A DNA stretch of 39,063 nucleotides from Micavibrio sp. UBA1664 (GCA_002320485.1 DCKW01000067.1:1-39063), one strand, 5' to 3'. Counted from the stretch's first letter, positions 1-9,825 are shown. Translations and numbers: made by a program. The notes: generated by a model not told the origin, from the sequence alone.

Positions 1-1
1 T

Positions 2-145
2 GTGCCAAAGATTGTCGACTGGTACATGGATGGAAAAATCAATATAGATGACCTGATTACCCATACCATGCCTTTGGAAGAAATTAACACAGCTTTTGAC
101 CTGATGCATGAAGGAAAATCAATCCGCAGTGTGGTTAAGTTTTAA
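2..145 (+). CDS. 3' end of S-(hydroxymethyl)glutathione dehydrogenase / class III alcohol dehydrogenase (5' part outside window)
   Basis: Frame 2 reads VPKIVDWYMDGKINIDDLITHTMPLEEINTAFDLMHEGKSIRSVVKF*, a typical class III Zn-ADH C-terminus. Its TAA overlaps the ATG of the next gene (TAATG), the classic formaldehyde-detoxification pair. Confidence 0.8.
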   Translation: MPKIVDWYMDGKINIDDLITHTMPLEEINTAFDLMHEGKSIRSVVKF

Positions 146-984
146 TGGAAAAAATAGAGTCACATAATTGTTTTAACGGCGAATTACAGGTATGGGAGCA
201 TGAAAGCAGTGCTTTAAATTGCACGATGAAGTTCTCAATCTTTCTGCCGGATAATCCGTCAGGTAAAACTTTACCATGTATTACATTTTTATCGGGCCTG
301 ACCTGTACTCACGAGAACTTTACTACCAAGGCCGGTGCTTACAGGAAGGCGGCGGAATTGGGCATTATTGTTGTTGCGCCCGACACGTCGCCACGTGGGG
401 ACGATGTGCCCGATGATGCCGATAGCTATGATTTCGGAAAAGGGGCGGGATTTTATTTGAATGCGGTTCAACAGCCGTGGGCAAAGCATTATCAGATGGA
501 AAATTACATTACTGATGAGCTTAATACTCTTATTGCCGATCATTTTGCAGTTAATGCAAAGAGGCAATCGATCATGGGGCATTCTATGGGTGGTCACGGG
601 GCTTTAACCCTCTATTTTAAACATCCGGATTTATACACATCTGTGTCTGCTTTCTCGCCGATCGTGGCGCCGACGCAAGTGCCATGGGGGCAAAAGGCCT
701 TTACAGGATATCTGGGCGGCGATGACCGTACACTGTGGAAGCAGCATGATGCCTGCGAACTTGTGCGTAAGAATGCCGATGATACGGAAATTTTGATCGA
801 TCAGGGTCTGGCTGACAATTTTTTGAAAGAGCAGCTCAAGCCCGAATTATTCGAGGCTGCATGTGATGAATCAGGGCAAAAACTGAGATTACGTCTTCAT
901 GAGGGATATGATCACAGCTATTTCTTCATTTCGACTTTTATTGATGACCATTTGGACCATCATTATCACTATCTGAAAGATTAA
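145..984 (+). CDS. fghA: S-formylglutathione hydrolase (esterase D family)
   Basis: 279 aa. Family-typical N-terminus (FNGELQVWEHES...MKFSIFLP), GHSMGGHGAL nucleophile elbow, HEGYDHSYFF C-terminal His motif. Coupled to the upstream ADH. Confidence 0.9.
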   Translation: MEKIESHNCFNGELQVWEHESSALNCTMKFSIFLPDNPSGKTLPCITFLSGLTCTHENFTTKAGAYRKAAELGIIVVAPDTSPRGDDVPDDADSYDFGKGAGFYLNAVQQPWAKHYQMENYITDELNTLIADHFAVNAKRQSIMGHSMGGHGALTLYFKHPDLYTSVSAFSPIVAPTQVPWGQKAFTGYLGGDDRTLWKQHDACELVRKNADDTEILIDQGLADNFLKEQLKPELFEAACDESGQKLRLRLHEGYDHSYFFISTFIDDHLDHHYHYLKD

Positions 985-1045
985 ACTTCCAAATGTAAAG
1001 TTACTTGCTGGATGCTTTTTTTAAAAAATCACAAATATTGAAATG

Positions 1046-1082
1046 AAAAAACGGAGTGCCATTTGCGGGCACTCCGTTTTTT
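1046..1082. terminator. Bidirectional intrinsic terminator between convergent fghA and the outer-membrane protein gene
   Basis: 10-bp stem ACGGAGTGCC / GGCACTCCGT with a 7-nt loop, flanked by an A-run 5' and a T-run 3'. Confidence 0.8.
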
Positions 1083-1106
1083 GTGGGGAAGGGAAATTTC
1101 TTAATA

Positions 1107-1709
1107 TTAGAAGCGGTATCCCAGACCCAGACGAATGCTGTCGTCATCAGGGTCAATTCCGCCTTTTTCTTCATAGAATGTGTGTGAGTATTCCAAACGT
1201 GTGGACATGTGATCCCATGCAACCAGTTCCGTACCAAGACCCAGTTCAAACCCGTCATGCCAGTTATCACCTGCCGGTGTTTCGATTTCGGCACGTTTAT
1301 AACCCAAAATCGCGTATGGTACTGTTTCAAGGTTAAGTGTGTTGCTGATAATGCTCATACCAGGACGGAAGCTTACGCCCCACTCATTGTCTCTTTCGAT
1401 ACCGCCGTCGCTGCCGTTTGCCCAGCCATAGTGACCTTCGATAGCACCTGATAGGGCAAGACCTGTACGGTTAATGGTGGCATCCAGCAATGAATCAGCC
1501 TGCATACCGACGTAAACACCGTATTGGCCGCCGTCTAGGTCTGCCCCGGCATCATCCATCCAACCGTATCCGCCGTAAGCACCAATATAAGGGCTTGCGC
1601 TGCGGACGACCTGATCACGGTCTCCGTCTTTGTAATATGTGTCTTGTGCGATGGCTGCTGATGAGGCAAATGTCATCACTGCAGCAGAAGCAAGTAGTAA
1701 ATATTTCAT
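1107..1709 (-). CDS. Small outer-membrane beta-barrel protein (Omp25/OmpA-like 'porin family' type)
   Basis: Sec signal peptide MKYLLLASAAVMTFASSAAIAQD, alternating aromatic/Gly beta-strand pattern, C-terminal ...LGLGYRF ending in Phe. Confidence 0.75.
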   Translation of the reverse strand: MKYLLLASAAVMTFASSAAIAQDTYYKDGDRDQVVRSASPYIGAYGGYGWMDDAGADLDGGQYGVYVGMQADSLLDATINRTGLALSGAIEGHYGWANGSDGGIERDNEWGVSFRPGMSIISNTLNLETVPYAILGYKRAEIETPAGDNWHDGFELGLGTELVAWDHMSTRLEYSHTFYEEKGGIDPDDDSIRLGLGYRF

Positions 1710-1855
1710 GGGTTATCCTTCTCTTTATTTTTATTGATAGACATTGGAAACGAAGCAATTGAAAAAAAGTTCATATATATTTTGAAATTATTTTCCTTTG
1801 ATTGTTCGATTAAGCCTTATTCATGCCCTAACATTATTATGATATAGATTTTTTA

Positions 1856-2656
1856 ATGAAACTAAAGGGCAGAGTAAGAATGCGCGCACAATTTTCTTTG
1901 TTATTGGCTATATTAATATTTATAGGTACGACCCCTGTGATGGCGCAAACGGTTTTTTCGTCATGTGGCGTGAAGGGCAGCACAACCTTGTACGATCTCA
2001 GTTCCAATCGCTGGGTAATGACAGATCAAGCCGATGCGGACAGGCAGACGTTACCGGCCTCGACCTTCAAAATTTTTCACTCGCTAATTGCTTTGGATAC
2101 GGGCGCGACAACATTGGGCGAAGTATTTGAATGGGATGGTGTCGAACGAGAATTTCCGATATGGAATGAGGATACGACACTGGAAGATGCCTTTCGTAAT
2201 TCGACAATATGGGTTTATGAAGAGCTAGCCAACCGTATCGACCATTCTACCTATCAACGCTATTTGCATTGGGCCGATTATGAGGGTAATGGCGATATAG
2301 AACACGGACAAGATAGCAATTTCTGGGTTTATGGCGCATTCGGTATTTCGCCGAAAGATCAGATTGCTATGCTGGTAAGTCTGTATAAAAACGAATTACC
2401 ATTTTCCCGTCAATCCATGAACATCGTAAAGTCTTTTATGAAAGAAGATGAGAACACATACGGAAAAACAGGCTGGACCCAACAGGACGGCACACACATC
2501 GGCTGGTGGGTAGGGTATCGTGAAACGTCTGTTGGCCCGATATTTTTCGCAACCCGCCTTACAAAACCGGAAAGTGAGAATCTTGGCAATTTCCTTGAAT
2601 GTCGCAAACAGATCACAAACGTGCTCATTAACGAATATTTGAAAAATGGACATTAA
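1856..2656 (+). CDS. Class D (OXA-like) beta-lactamase, secreted
   Basis: Signal peptide ending VMAQ. Active-site S69-T-F-K72, S116-T-I (SxV-type box), Y-E-G-N (YGN-like box), FWV, K-T-G in YGKTGW. About 266 aa as for OXA enzymes. Alternative start at ATG 1880. Confidence 0.8.
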   Translation: MKLKGRVRMRAQFSLLLAILIFIGTTPVMAQTVFSSCGVKGSTTLYDLSSNRWVMTDQADADRQTLPASTFKIFHSLIALDTGATTLGEVFEWDGVEREFPIWNEDTTLEDAFRNSTIWVYEELANRIDHSTYQRYLHWADYEGNGDIEHGQDSNFWVYGAFGISPKDQIAMLVSLYKNELPFSRQSMNIVKSFMKEDENTYGKTGWTQQDGTHIGWWVGYRETSVGPIFFATRLTKPESENLGNFLECRKQITNVLINEYLKNGH

Positions 2657-3440
2657 AAGTAATTCACCCGATTTATGGAATGAAGCTTTGCCTGTGAAAA
2701 AAGATAGCGGGCATAAATATGATGCAGGGCATGCCTTTATTTACGCGGCGCCGGAAATGACAGGGGCGACAAGACTGGCGGCAACCGCATGCGCGCGAAT
2801 GGGTGTGGGGCTTGTCACCGTATTATGTAAGGACGATACATATGATATTTTCCGCGGAAGTTTGCCGGCTCATATCATCGCCCGTAACGACCTATCCTAC
2901 TATCACGATAAATTATCGGCTCGATTGTACGGGTCTGGCGGAATGGCTTGCAAAATTGATTTTGGTGTCGATGTGCCGACCGTTCTCGATGCCGCGGCCT
3001 TGAAACATTTACCTGAAACCCTGTCACCGCATTATATTCTAACCCCCCACGAAGGGGAATTTGCAAAAACTTTTCCCGATATTTCAGGTGATAAGGAAAA
3101 CGCAGCACGTGTAGCGGCCCAAATGGTCAATGCAATTATTGTTTTAAAGGGACAAAAAACAGTTATTGCCGCGCCTGACGGACGGGTTGTGGTTAATACT
3201 CATGCCTCACCTTATTTGGCGACGGGGGGAACGGGCGATGTATTGGCTGGAATGATAACAGGCTTGCTCGCACAAAAAATGCCATCATTTGAGGCGGCCT
3301 GTGCCGGTGTATGGATGCATGGTGAAGCAGGCATCGCCTTAGGTGCAGGGCTTGTTGCCAGTGATATCGAGATCATTTTGCCAAAAATATTAACTATGCT
3401 TCATCAACGTAAAAATCACTCAAAACCAGGGTTTCTTTAA
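2646..3440 (+). CDS. nnrD: ADP/ATP-dependent NAD(P)H-hydrate dehydratase, stand-alone YjeF C-terminal domain
   Basis: 264 aa carbohydrate-kinase fold: AGHAFIYAAPEMTGATRLAA, LTPHEGEF, VLKGQKTVIA, GGTGDVLAGMITGLLAQ. ATG overlaps the beta-lactamase 3' end by 11 nt. Confidence 0.8.
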   Translation: MDIKSNSPDLWNEALPVKKDSGHKYDAGHAFIYAAPEMTGATRLAATACARMGVGLVTVLCKDDTYDIFRGSLPAHIIARNDLSYYHDKLSARLYGSGGMACKIDFGVDVPTVLDAAALKHLPETLSPHYILTPHEGEFAKTFPDISGDKENAARVAAQMVNAIIVLKGQKTVIAAPDGRVVVNTHASPYLATGGTGDVLAGMITGLLAQKMPSFEAACAGVWMHGEAGIALGAGLVASDIEIILPKILTMLHQRKNHSKPGFL

Positions 3441-3482
3441 TTTAATGATCCTATCCTGCAATATTTGGTATAGTATTGAACG

Positions 3483-4418
3483 ATGACTGCAAAGATCATC
3501 CTTCCTCTTATTGCGTTGATATGTCTTTTGCCGTTTGTGTCGTCGGCAGTGGCATTAGCCCTCGGTATCATTATTGCTCTCCTATTCGGTAATCCTTTCG
3601 CGGCCTTTACACAAAAGGCGACCCGGCATTTACTTGCGTGGTCGATTATCGGCTTAGGGGCGGGTATGGACTTACACGCAATCGGCAGCGCGGGATTGCA
3701 AGGTATTATGATAACGATGGGAAGTATTATCTTTATCTTTAGTGCTGGATATATGCTTGGAAAATTTTTTAATGTTCCGCATATAACATCCGTTTTGATT
3801 TCTATCGGTACGGCAATTTGCGGAGGAAGCGCCATTGCCGCCACCGCACCTGTTGTGAAGGCCAAAACCCATGAGATAACGGTTGCCCTTGCAGTGGTTT
3901 TTACGCTCAATGCAATTGCTTTATTTCTGTTTCCGTTAATCGGACATGTGTTGAACATGTCGCAAGATGATTTCGGTTTATGGAGTGCATTGGCCATCCA
4001 TGATACAAGTTCGGTTGTCGGTGCAACAATGCAATATGGCGATCAGGCCCTGCAGACGGGCACAACAGTCAAACTGGTCAGGGCGTTGTGGATTATCCCT
4101 GCCGTTTTCCTGATCGGATATTTTTATAATAAAAGCACACAAGAAAGCGCAGAAAGCTATGTTAAAGCAAGAAAGCCATGGTTTATTCTCGGTTTTATAA
4201 TGATGGCCGCGATAGTGACATGGGTTCCTGCAACTCGAGAAGCAGGGCAGGTGATCAGTCTCGTTGCCAAGCAGGTATTAGTAATGACCCTCTTTCTGAT
4301 CGGGGCCTCCCTTACCCGCGAAACTTTAAAAGCGGCAGGTGTAAAACCCTATTTACAAGGGGTTTCCCTATGGATTTTGACATCCGTAACAAGTTTGATA
4401 ATTATTTTATTGATGTAA
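3483..4418 (+). CDS. YeiH/UPF0324 family putative sulfate-exporter-type membrane protein
   Basis: 311 aa polytopic membrane protein with the family-typical GTAICGGSAIAA motif. Confidence 0.75.
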   Translation: MTAKIILPLIALICLLPFVSSAVALALGIIIALLFGNPFAAFTQKATRHLLAWSIIGLGAGMDLHAIGSAGLQGIMITMGSIIFIFSAGYMLGKFFNVPHITSVLISIGTAICGGSAIAATAPVVKAKTHEITVALAVVFTLNAIALFLFPLIGHVLNMSQDDFGLWSALAIHDTSSVVGATMQYGDQALQTGTTVKLVRALWIIPAVFLIGYFYNKSTQESAESYVKARKPWFILGFIMMAAIVTWVPATREAGQVISLVAKQVLVMTLFLIGASLTRETLKAAGVKPYLQGVSLWILTSVTSLIIILLM

Positions 4419-4429
4419 ATGAGGAAAGA

Positions 4430-4504
4430 TGGTGCTGCCGAGGAGAATTGAACTCCCGGCCTCACCCTTACCAAGGGTGCGCTCTACCACTGAGCTACGG
4501 CAGC
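4430..4504 (-). tRNA. tRNA-Thr (anticodon GGU)
   Basis: The reverse complement folds as a cloverleaf. Acceptor GCUGCCG/CGGCAGC, D arm GCUC-AGUGGUA-GAGC, anticodon arm CACCC-UUGGUAA-GGGUG, T arm GGGAG-UUCAAUU-CUCCU, encoded CCA. Confidence 0.9.
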
Positions 4505-4573
4505 CGGTTCAAACAATTAAAGCTTGATTACTGTGGATGTTTTATCCTAAATGTTTGAGGCTATCAAGGATTT

Positions 4574-4705
4574 ATGAGCATAATGACCAAAGAAAAATTA
4601 CAGGACAAGCTGGATAAAAGAGCGGCGGCACTCAGGGAAAATTTGAAACGCCGCAAGGCCGTCGCAAAAGCCAAGTCCGACAAGCAGAAAAATAAAGAAA
4701 AATAG
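4574..4705 (+). CDS. Small (43 aa) Lys/Arg-rich helical protein, absent from the ORF track (<60 aa)
   Basis: ATG...TAG reads [43 protein letters not shown]. The core [12 protein letters not shown] resembles small conserved alphaproteobacterial proteins as I recall them. It ends 13 nt before dcd. Confidence 0.45.
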   Translation: MSIMTKEKLQDKLDKRAAALRENLKRRKAVAKAKSDKQKNKEK

Positions 4706-4718
4706 GAAGTTTTTACAG

Positions 4719-5306
4719 ATGAGCATTATGCCCGATCACTGGATCCGCACACAATCCAAAGACAACAGCATGATAGACCCGTTCCATGAAAAGCAAAAAG
4801 GGCAGGGGATTATTTCCTATGGCCTGTCATCCTATGGCTATGACGCCCGTCTGGCCGATGAATTTATGATTTTCACCAATGTCGATAATGCGATCGTCGA
4901 CCCGAAAAATTTTGATGAGAGTAGCTTTGTCGAGCGTAAAACCGATGTATGTATTATTCCTCCAAACAGTTTCGCTTTGTGCCGCACTGTCGAGTATTTC
5001 AAAATTCCCGATGACGTGCTGGTGATATGTCTGGGGAAAAGTACGTATGCGCGTTGTGGATTAATTGTCAATGTCACACCTCTGGAACCCGGTTGGGAAG
5101 GTCAGGTCACATTGGAAATTTCAAATACAACGCCACTTCCTGCAAAGGTGTATGCGAATGAAGGTATTTGTCAGTTTTTGTTTTATAAAGGCGATTCGCC
5201 TTGCGAGGTTACATATGCGGCGCGTTCGGGAAAATATATGGGTCAACGCGGCGTCACCTTGCCACGTTTAAAGGTTGATGCCGACGAGGATACGGAAGCG
5301 GCATAA
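4719..5306 (+). CDS. dcd: dCTP deaminase
   Basis: 195 aa. [10 protein letters not shown]..., [14 protein letters not shown], and Dcd/dUTPase-fold motifs throughout. Confidence 0.92.
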   Translation: MSIMPDHWIRTQSKDNSMIDPFHEKQKGQGIISYGLSSYGYDARLADEFMIFTNVDNAIVDPKNFDESSFVERKTDVCIIPPNSFALCRTVEYFKIPDDVLVICLGKSTYARCGLIVNVTPLEPGWEGQVTLEISNTTPLPAKVYANEGICQFLFYKGDSPCEVTYAARSGKYMGQRGVTLPRLKVDADEDTEAA

Positions 5307-5335
5307 AAAACAGGGTTGAAACAACCCTGTTTTTT
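5305..5335. terminator. Bidirectional intrinsic terminator between convergent genes
   Basis: A-run, stem CAGGGTTG / CAACCCTG with a 3-nt loop, then a T-run. Confidence 0.8.
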
Positions 5336-5355
5336 AGGAGTGGATAAATAATAAT

Positions 5356-5763
5356 TTAATCGTTAAAGCCGTTTACGTTCATTTCACCGTCCAGATCCAC
5401 CTCGGAATTCATACGGGAAGTTGATGTAACGCTTGGCTGATCATCGAAACGTGTATCTACACCAGATTGAACGTCACCACGGTAAGATGTGTTATTGCGA
5501 TATAATTTCTCGGCGCGTGTCTCAGCATCAACATCAGCGCGAGAACGGGCATCGGCACTGACATTGTTGCTACCGCTACGGATGCCTGTGTCGGCTCTCA
5601 CGCCTGTATTGACACCAGCATTCACGCCTGCGGCGGACACACCTGTGTTTAACCCTACGCCGGTCGAGTTTCCAACGGATAATTGCGCGTGGGAAGCCGG
5701 AATTGCAACGGCAAATGTTAAAGCCAAAGCAGAACATAGAGTAGTTGTTTTTAATAAATTCAT
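5356..5763 (-). CDS. Secreted low-complexity repeat protein, function unknown
   Basis: Signal peptide ...AIPASHAQ, then degenerate G-V-x-x/T-G-V repeats (GVGLNTGVSAAGVNAGVNTGVRADTGIRSG). The repeats are mirrored in the DNA by a repeated TCACGCCTG. Confidence 0.6.
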   Translation of the reverse strand: MNLLKTTTLCSALALTFAVAIPASHAQLSVGNSTGVGLNTGVSAAGVNAGVNTGVRADTGIRSGSNNVSADARSRADVDAETRAEKLYRNNTSYRGDVQSGVDTRFDDQPSVTSTSRMNSEVDLDGEMNVNGFND

Positions 5764-5875
5764 TTTATTTTCCTTTGTTACAGGGTTTGAATGTTCCTGA
5801 CTAACATAAGAGCATTGCAGTCCGTTCCAATTTTATCTAAGGTCATTTTGTGAGTTTTTTGTAACAGAAAGGTAA

Positions 5876-7105
<1,230 letters not shown>

Positions 7106-7140
7106 AATTGATCGTGTAAAATAGGTGTTTAATCTTGTTG

Positions 7141-8292
7141 TTACTGGACAACCGGATTAGGGAAAGATGTAGATTGTTTTTCAACAATCGCAGGCAAATT
7201 TTCAGCAGGGGCGACAATTTCTAGTGATGTTTTTCTCGATGTTCTGGCACCCCAAAAAGGTGGTAAAAAACTTGAATCAAATGCTCCGCGCAAGAATGAA
7301 AGACGAGGTTTTGCAGGCTCTCTGATATTATTGTACATATGCGACAAAAGGGCCACAATGCGTTGTTCTGTATACGGATTGTGGAATGTATTCTTCATAA
7401 CGGTAAAATCAGCACCCATATGATCGGCCACAGACTGAGCAACCTTTCTATCTGCGACACCATCCCACTCACCATGTATGAATTCAACCTTACCTAGTCT
7501 TGCGGCGCGTTGTACCAGAGAAGGGAACGGTTTATCCAATATCTTTGCAGTGCGGGGCTCTATGGCATCAGCCATATACCGTATTTCTGTATGTGTCGGA
7601 TAGGTGCATTCAGGATCAAAATAAACGGGATCGCCGGCTAATTCCTTGGCAACGATATGAAGTCTGTCAAAAAGATTTTCCCCATAAATTTGGTCGGCAT
7701 GCCTGTCGGCATGCTTTGGATATATAACGCTGGATATAAAACTGTTCACAAATGAGGCGCGGAAAAATCCGGAGAAAATTTTGATGCAATCAAAGCGTTT
7801 TAACAAATTGTTCGCATCCGTCCCGCCTTTATGAAGATAGTCTGTGACTTCATGACCGCCTGTGGAATGCGCCAATAGGAAAACAGGTTTGTTCTTATGC
7901 TCATCAAAAAACGGCGGGTTTGTTAGAAAGGATTTTGCCATTTTGTCAATTTCCGACAATGTTTCTGTTGGGCTGTCTGAAACGGGGAGGGCTCCGAACA
8001 CGACAGACATTTGAGCCTTTTTAGCATGTTCGAAAAGAAATTTTTTACCTTTTGCGGTGCTGCGCAGGCCACTTAGGATGTAAACGGTTCCTTGCGAATT
8101 TGGATGATCATACCGCGAACAATTATAGCTTGTATAGCCATCAGTGATAACATGATTGGCAACATCAGGATCTGTATAAGTGGCGTAAGGATTTTCCGCA
8201 TGGCCGTTAAACAAGGCCGATAGTGCCCTTTTGATACGGCTCCCATATGATGGCAAAAAATTACCGTCAATATATTGAACGCTCTGCGTCAT
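7141..8292 (-). CDS. Uncharacterised alpha/beta-fold serine hydrolase (lipase/esterase-like)
   Basis: 383 aa, no signal peptide. Nucleophile elbow LLAHSTGGH, candidate acid GEWDGVAD and His TFHNP in the order expected for the fold. Own SD (AAGGGAGA) before the ATG. Confidence 0.6.
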   Translation of the reverse strand: MTQSVQYIDGNFLPSYGSRIKRALSALFNGHAENPYATYTDPDVANHVITDGYTSYNCSRYDHPNSQGTVYILSGLRSTAKGKKFLFEHAKKAQMSVVFGALPVSDSPTETLSEIDKMAKSFLTNPPFFDEHKNKPVFLLAHSTGGHEVTDYLHKGGTDANNLLKRFDCIKIFSGFFRASFVNSFISSVIYPKHADRHADQIYGENLFDRLHIVAKELAGDPVYFDPECTYPTHTEIRYMADAIEPRTAKILDKPFPSLVQRAARLGKVEFIHGEWDGVADRKVAQSVADHMGADFTVMKNTFHNPYTEQRIVALLSHMYNNIREPAKPRLSFLRGAFDSSFLPPFWGARTSRKTSLEIVAPAENLPAIVEKQSTSFPNPVVQ

Positions 8293-8385
8293 ATCTCCCT
8301 TTATTTTATTTTTATTTATTATTGTCTATGACAACTATCTGTTTTGTCACGAATTTTATGTGCGGCACTGCAAAAATTCTGTGGA

Positions 8386-9621
8386 TTACTGCCAGAAAAA
8401 GTTCTTTCGCAATGCCTCAAAAAAGCCTTCTTCTTTCTCGATTTTTTGTTTTTCCTCATAATTTTGTACCAAAATATGACAAGCCTCATCAAGTTTATTA
8501 TCCTGCTCTTCGATAATGGCATTAGCGAATTTTTTTAATTTTTCCATATTAGAAGGGGATGCGTCGTCAATTTGTGTGGATGGCAATCCGCTATATATGT
8601 TCATATCATCGTAAATGGATTTGTTGAAGATAAACAGGTTATCATCGCCGATTTCCTCTGCAAACGCCTGCATCAATGCGCTTTCAGATGCATGAAAAAA
8701 AATATTGATTAAAGGATAGTCGTTCACAGGGTCGACAACACCAAGTGCGCCGAATTGATTCCATTCCTCCTTGGTCATGGATTTATGCGTATATCCCGTT
8801 CCGAAGGCCAGCATGGTCAGGGTTTGGTTTTGCGGAACATGCGGGCGAATTGCACCATGGTAACTGATACACGGATTATCAAATATAGACCCGTCAATCG
8901 CATGATAATGGCGCATTAAATTGACATTGGGATCATAGGCCGAAAACTCGTGACAGGGAAAATAGGTTGGTGCGGCGCAACTGGCCATAACAGCATCATA
9001 GGTGCTAACATCAATAGTCTTATGATGTTTTGGGTTGTGTACGTTTCCTGTTAGGTGGCGTATCCATACCGCCCGTCCGCCGTGATCGTAAAAATTATTC
9101 ATGGTACGGGCAGGGGAGTCGGCGGTTTCTCCCGCTTCTTCTAATACTTCTAGCGCGGTTCCGGCAATATTATAGGTCGGGATAATCAGGGATGTTATCG
9201 CGTCTTCCAATTTTGCATCGCCAAGAAGCTGATAAAGGGCTTTTGATAGATTTGCAGGGCTGTAATGACCGTGTCTGAACAAACGGGATAGCGTGCCGAT
9301 TTTCATTGTTCGATTGTTAAAATCGTGAATAAGTCCGCGAAAATCCCTAAAACGGTCGATAGGGAAAATATTACGTCCCTCACGTTCGTAAAACCGAATC
9401 ATATGACGTGCTTTGTATTGGGATATCCCCGGGCGACGGCGATGCGGACGGGTTAGGGCCGCGTTCAGGATTGAACCTGTGGACGGGCCGGTGAACATAT
9501 CCACCATTTGGGCCATACGCAAATCAGTGCGGCGTTCAATTTCCGCCATAAGGGCCGCAGGGATAATTCCCCTTATACCGCCGCCGTAATTATACACTGT
9601 AATGAAACGTTTTTGAGACAT
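8386..9621 (-). CDS. Patatin-like phospholipase
   Basis: 411 aa. Oxyanion box GGGIRG (aa 13-18), nucleophile G-P-S-T-G, catalytic Asp in IDGSIFDNP. An in-frame TAA five codons upstream fixes the ATG at 9621. Confidence 0.85.
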   Translation of the reverse strand: MSQKRFITVYNYGGGIRGIIPAALMAEIERRTDLRMAQMVDMFTGPSTGSILNAALTRPHRRRPGISQYKARHMIRFYEREGRNIFPIDRFRDFRGLIHDFNNRTMKIGTLSRLFRHGHYSPANLSKALYQLLGDAKLEDAITSLIIPTYNIAGTALEVLEEAGETADSPARTMNNFYDHGGRAVWIRHLTGNVHNPKHHKTIDVSTYDAVMASCAAPTYFPCHEFSAYDPNVNLMRHYHAIDGSIFDNPCISYHGAIRPHVPQNQTLTMLAFGTGYTHKSMTKEEWNQFGALGVVDPVNDYPLINIFFHASESALMQAFAEEIGDDNLFIFNKSIYDDMNIYSGLPSTQIDDASPSNMEKLKKFANAIIEEQDNKLDEACHILVQNYEEKQKIEKEEGFFEALRKNFFWQ

Positions 9622-9663
9622 ATATCTGTAAGCTTATATGATTTGCAGCCTGATAAAAGAATT

Positions 9664-9689
9664 AAAAAAAACCGGACCAAAAGGTCCGG
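9664..9689 (-). terminator. Intrinsic terminator downstream of the LysR gene
   Basis: On the minus strand: CCGGACC-UUUU-GGUCCGG followed by eight U. Confidence 0.8.
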
Positions 9690-9825
9690 CAGTTGAACAG
9701 GGAGGTTTTACGTCTGGAAGACGTAAAAACATCAAAGCAATGCTTTGACATCATATGTTGTAAGCGATTTGTGGGAAGTGTTTCCATTGAAATAAATGCA
9801 TATCACATATGCGTTTAAAGAAAAT

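Noticed and set aside
1001-1336. ORFs 1001-1330(-) and 1043-1336(+) near the fghA/OMP junction.
   Set aside because: They overlap the intrinsic terminator and the well-supported beta-barrel gene in other frames. Their translations are motif-free.
3437-3997. 186-aa ORF antisense to the YeiH-family gene. Similar long antisense ORFs lie at 12666-13217, 16964-17422, 19241-19777, 31228-31677 and 32933-33343.
   Set aside because: All lie fully inside strongly supported genes on the opposite strand. Their translations are low-complexity (Ala/Ser/Arg/Ile-rich) with no motifs, and they lack SD sequences. These are typical shadow ORFs.
4178-4558. 126-aa ORF overlapping the 3' end of the YeiH-family gene and running across tRNA-Thr.
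   Set aside because: It is out of frame within a supported membrane-protein gene and reads through a tRNA gene on the opposite strand. No motifs are present.
4419-4573. tRNA-Thr, and likewise tRNA-Leu at 36054-36140, as integration hot-spots with an adjacent genomic island.
   Set aside because: No integrase, no duplicated tRNA 3' segment (attL/attR-type direct repeat) that I could see, and conserved housekeeping genes flank both tRNAs.
7141-9621. Patatin gene as the effector of a CBASS-type anti-phage system.
   Set aside because: No CD-NTase-like cyclase, SAVED/STING-type sensor or Cap2/Cap3-like accessory genes are adjacent. The flanking genes are a LysR regulator, a Ser-hydrolase and an aminotransferase.
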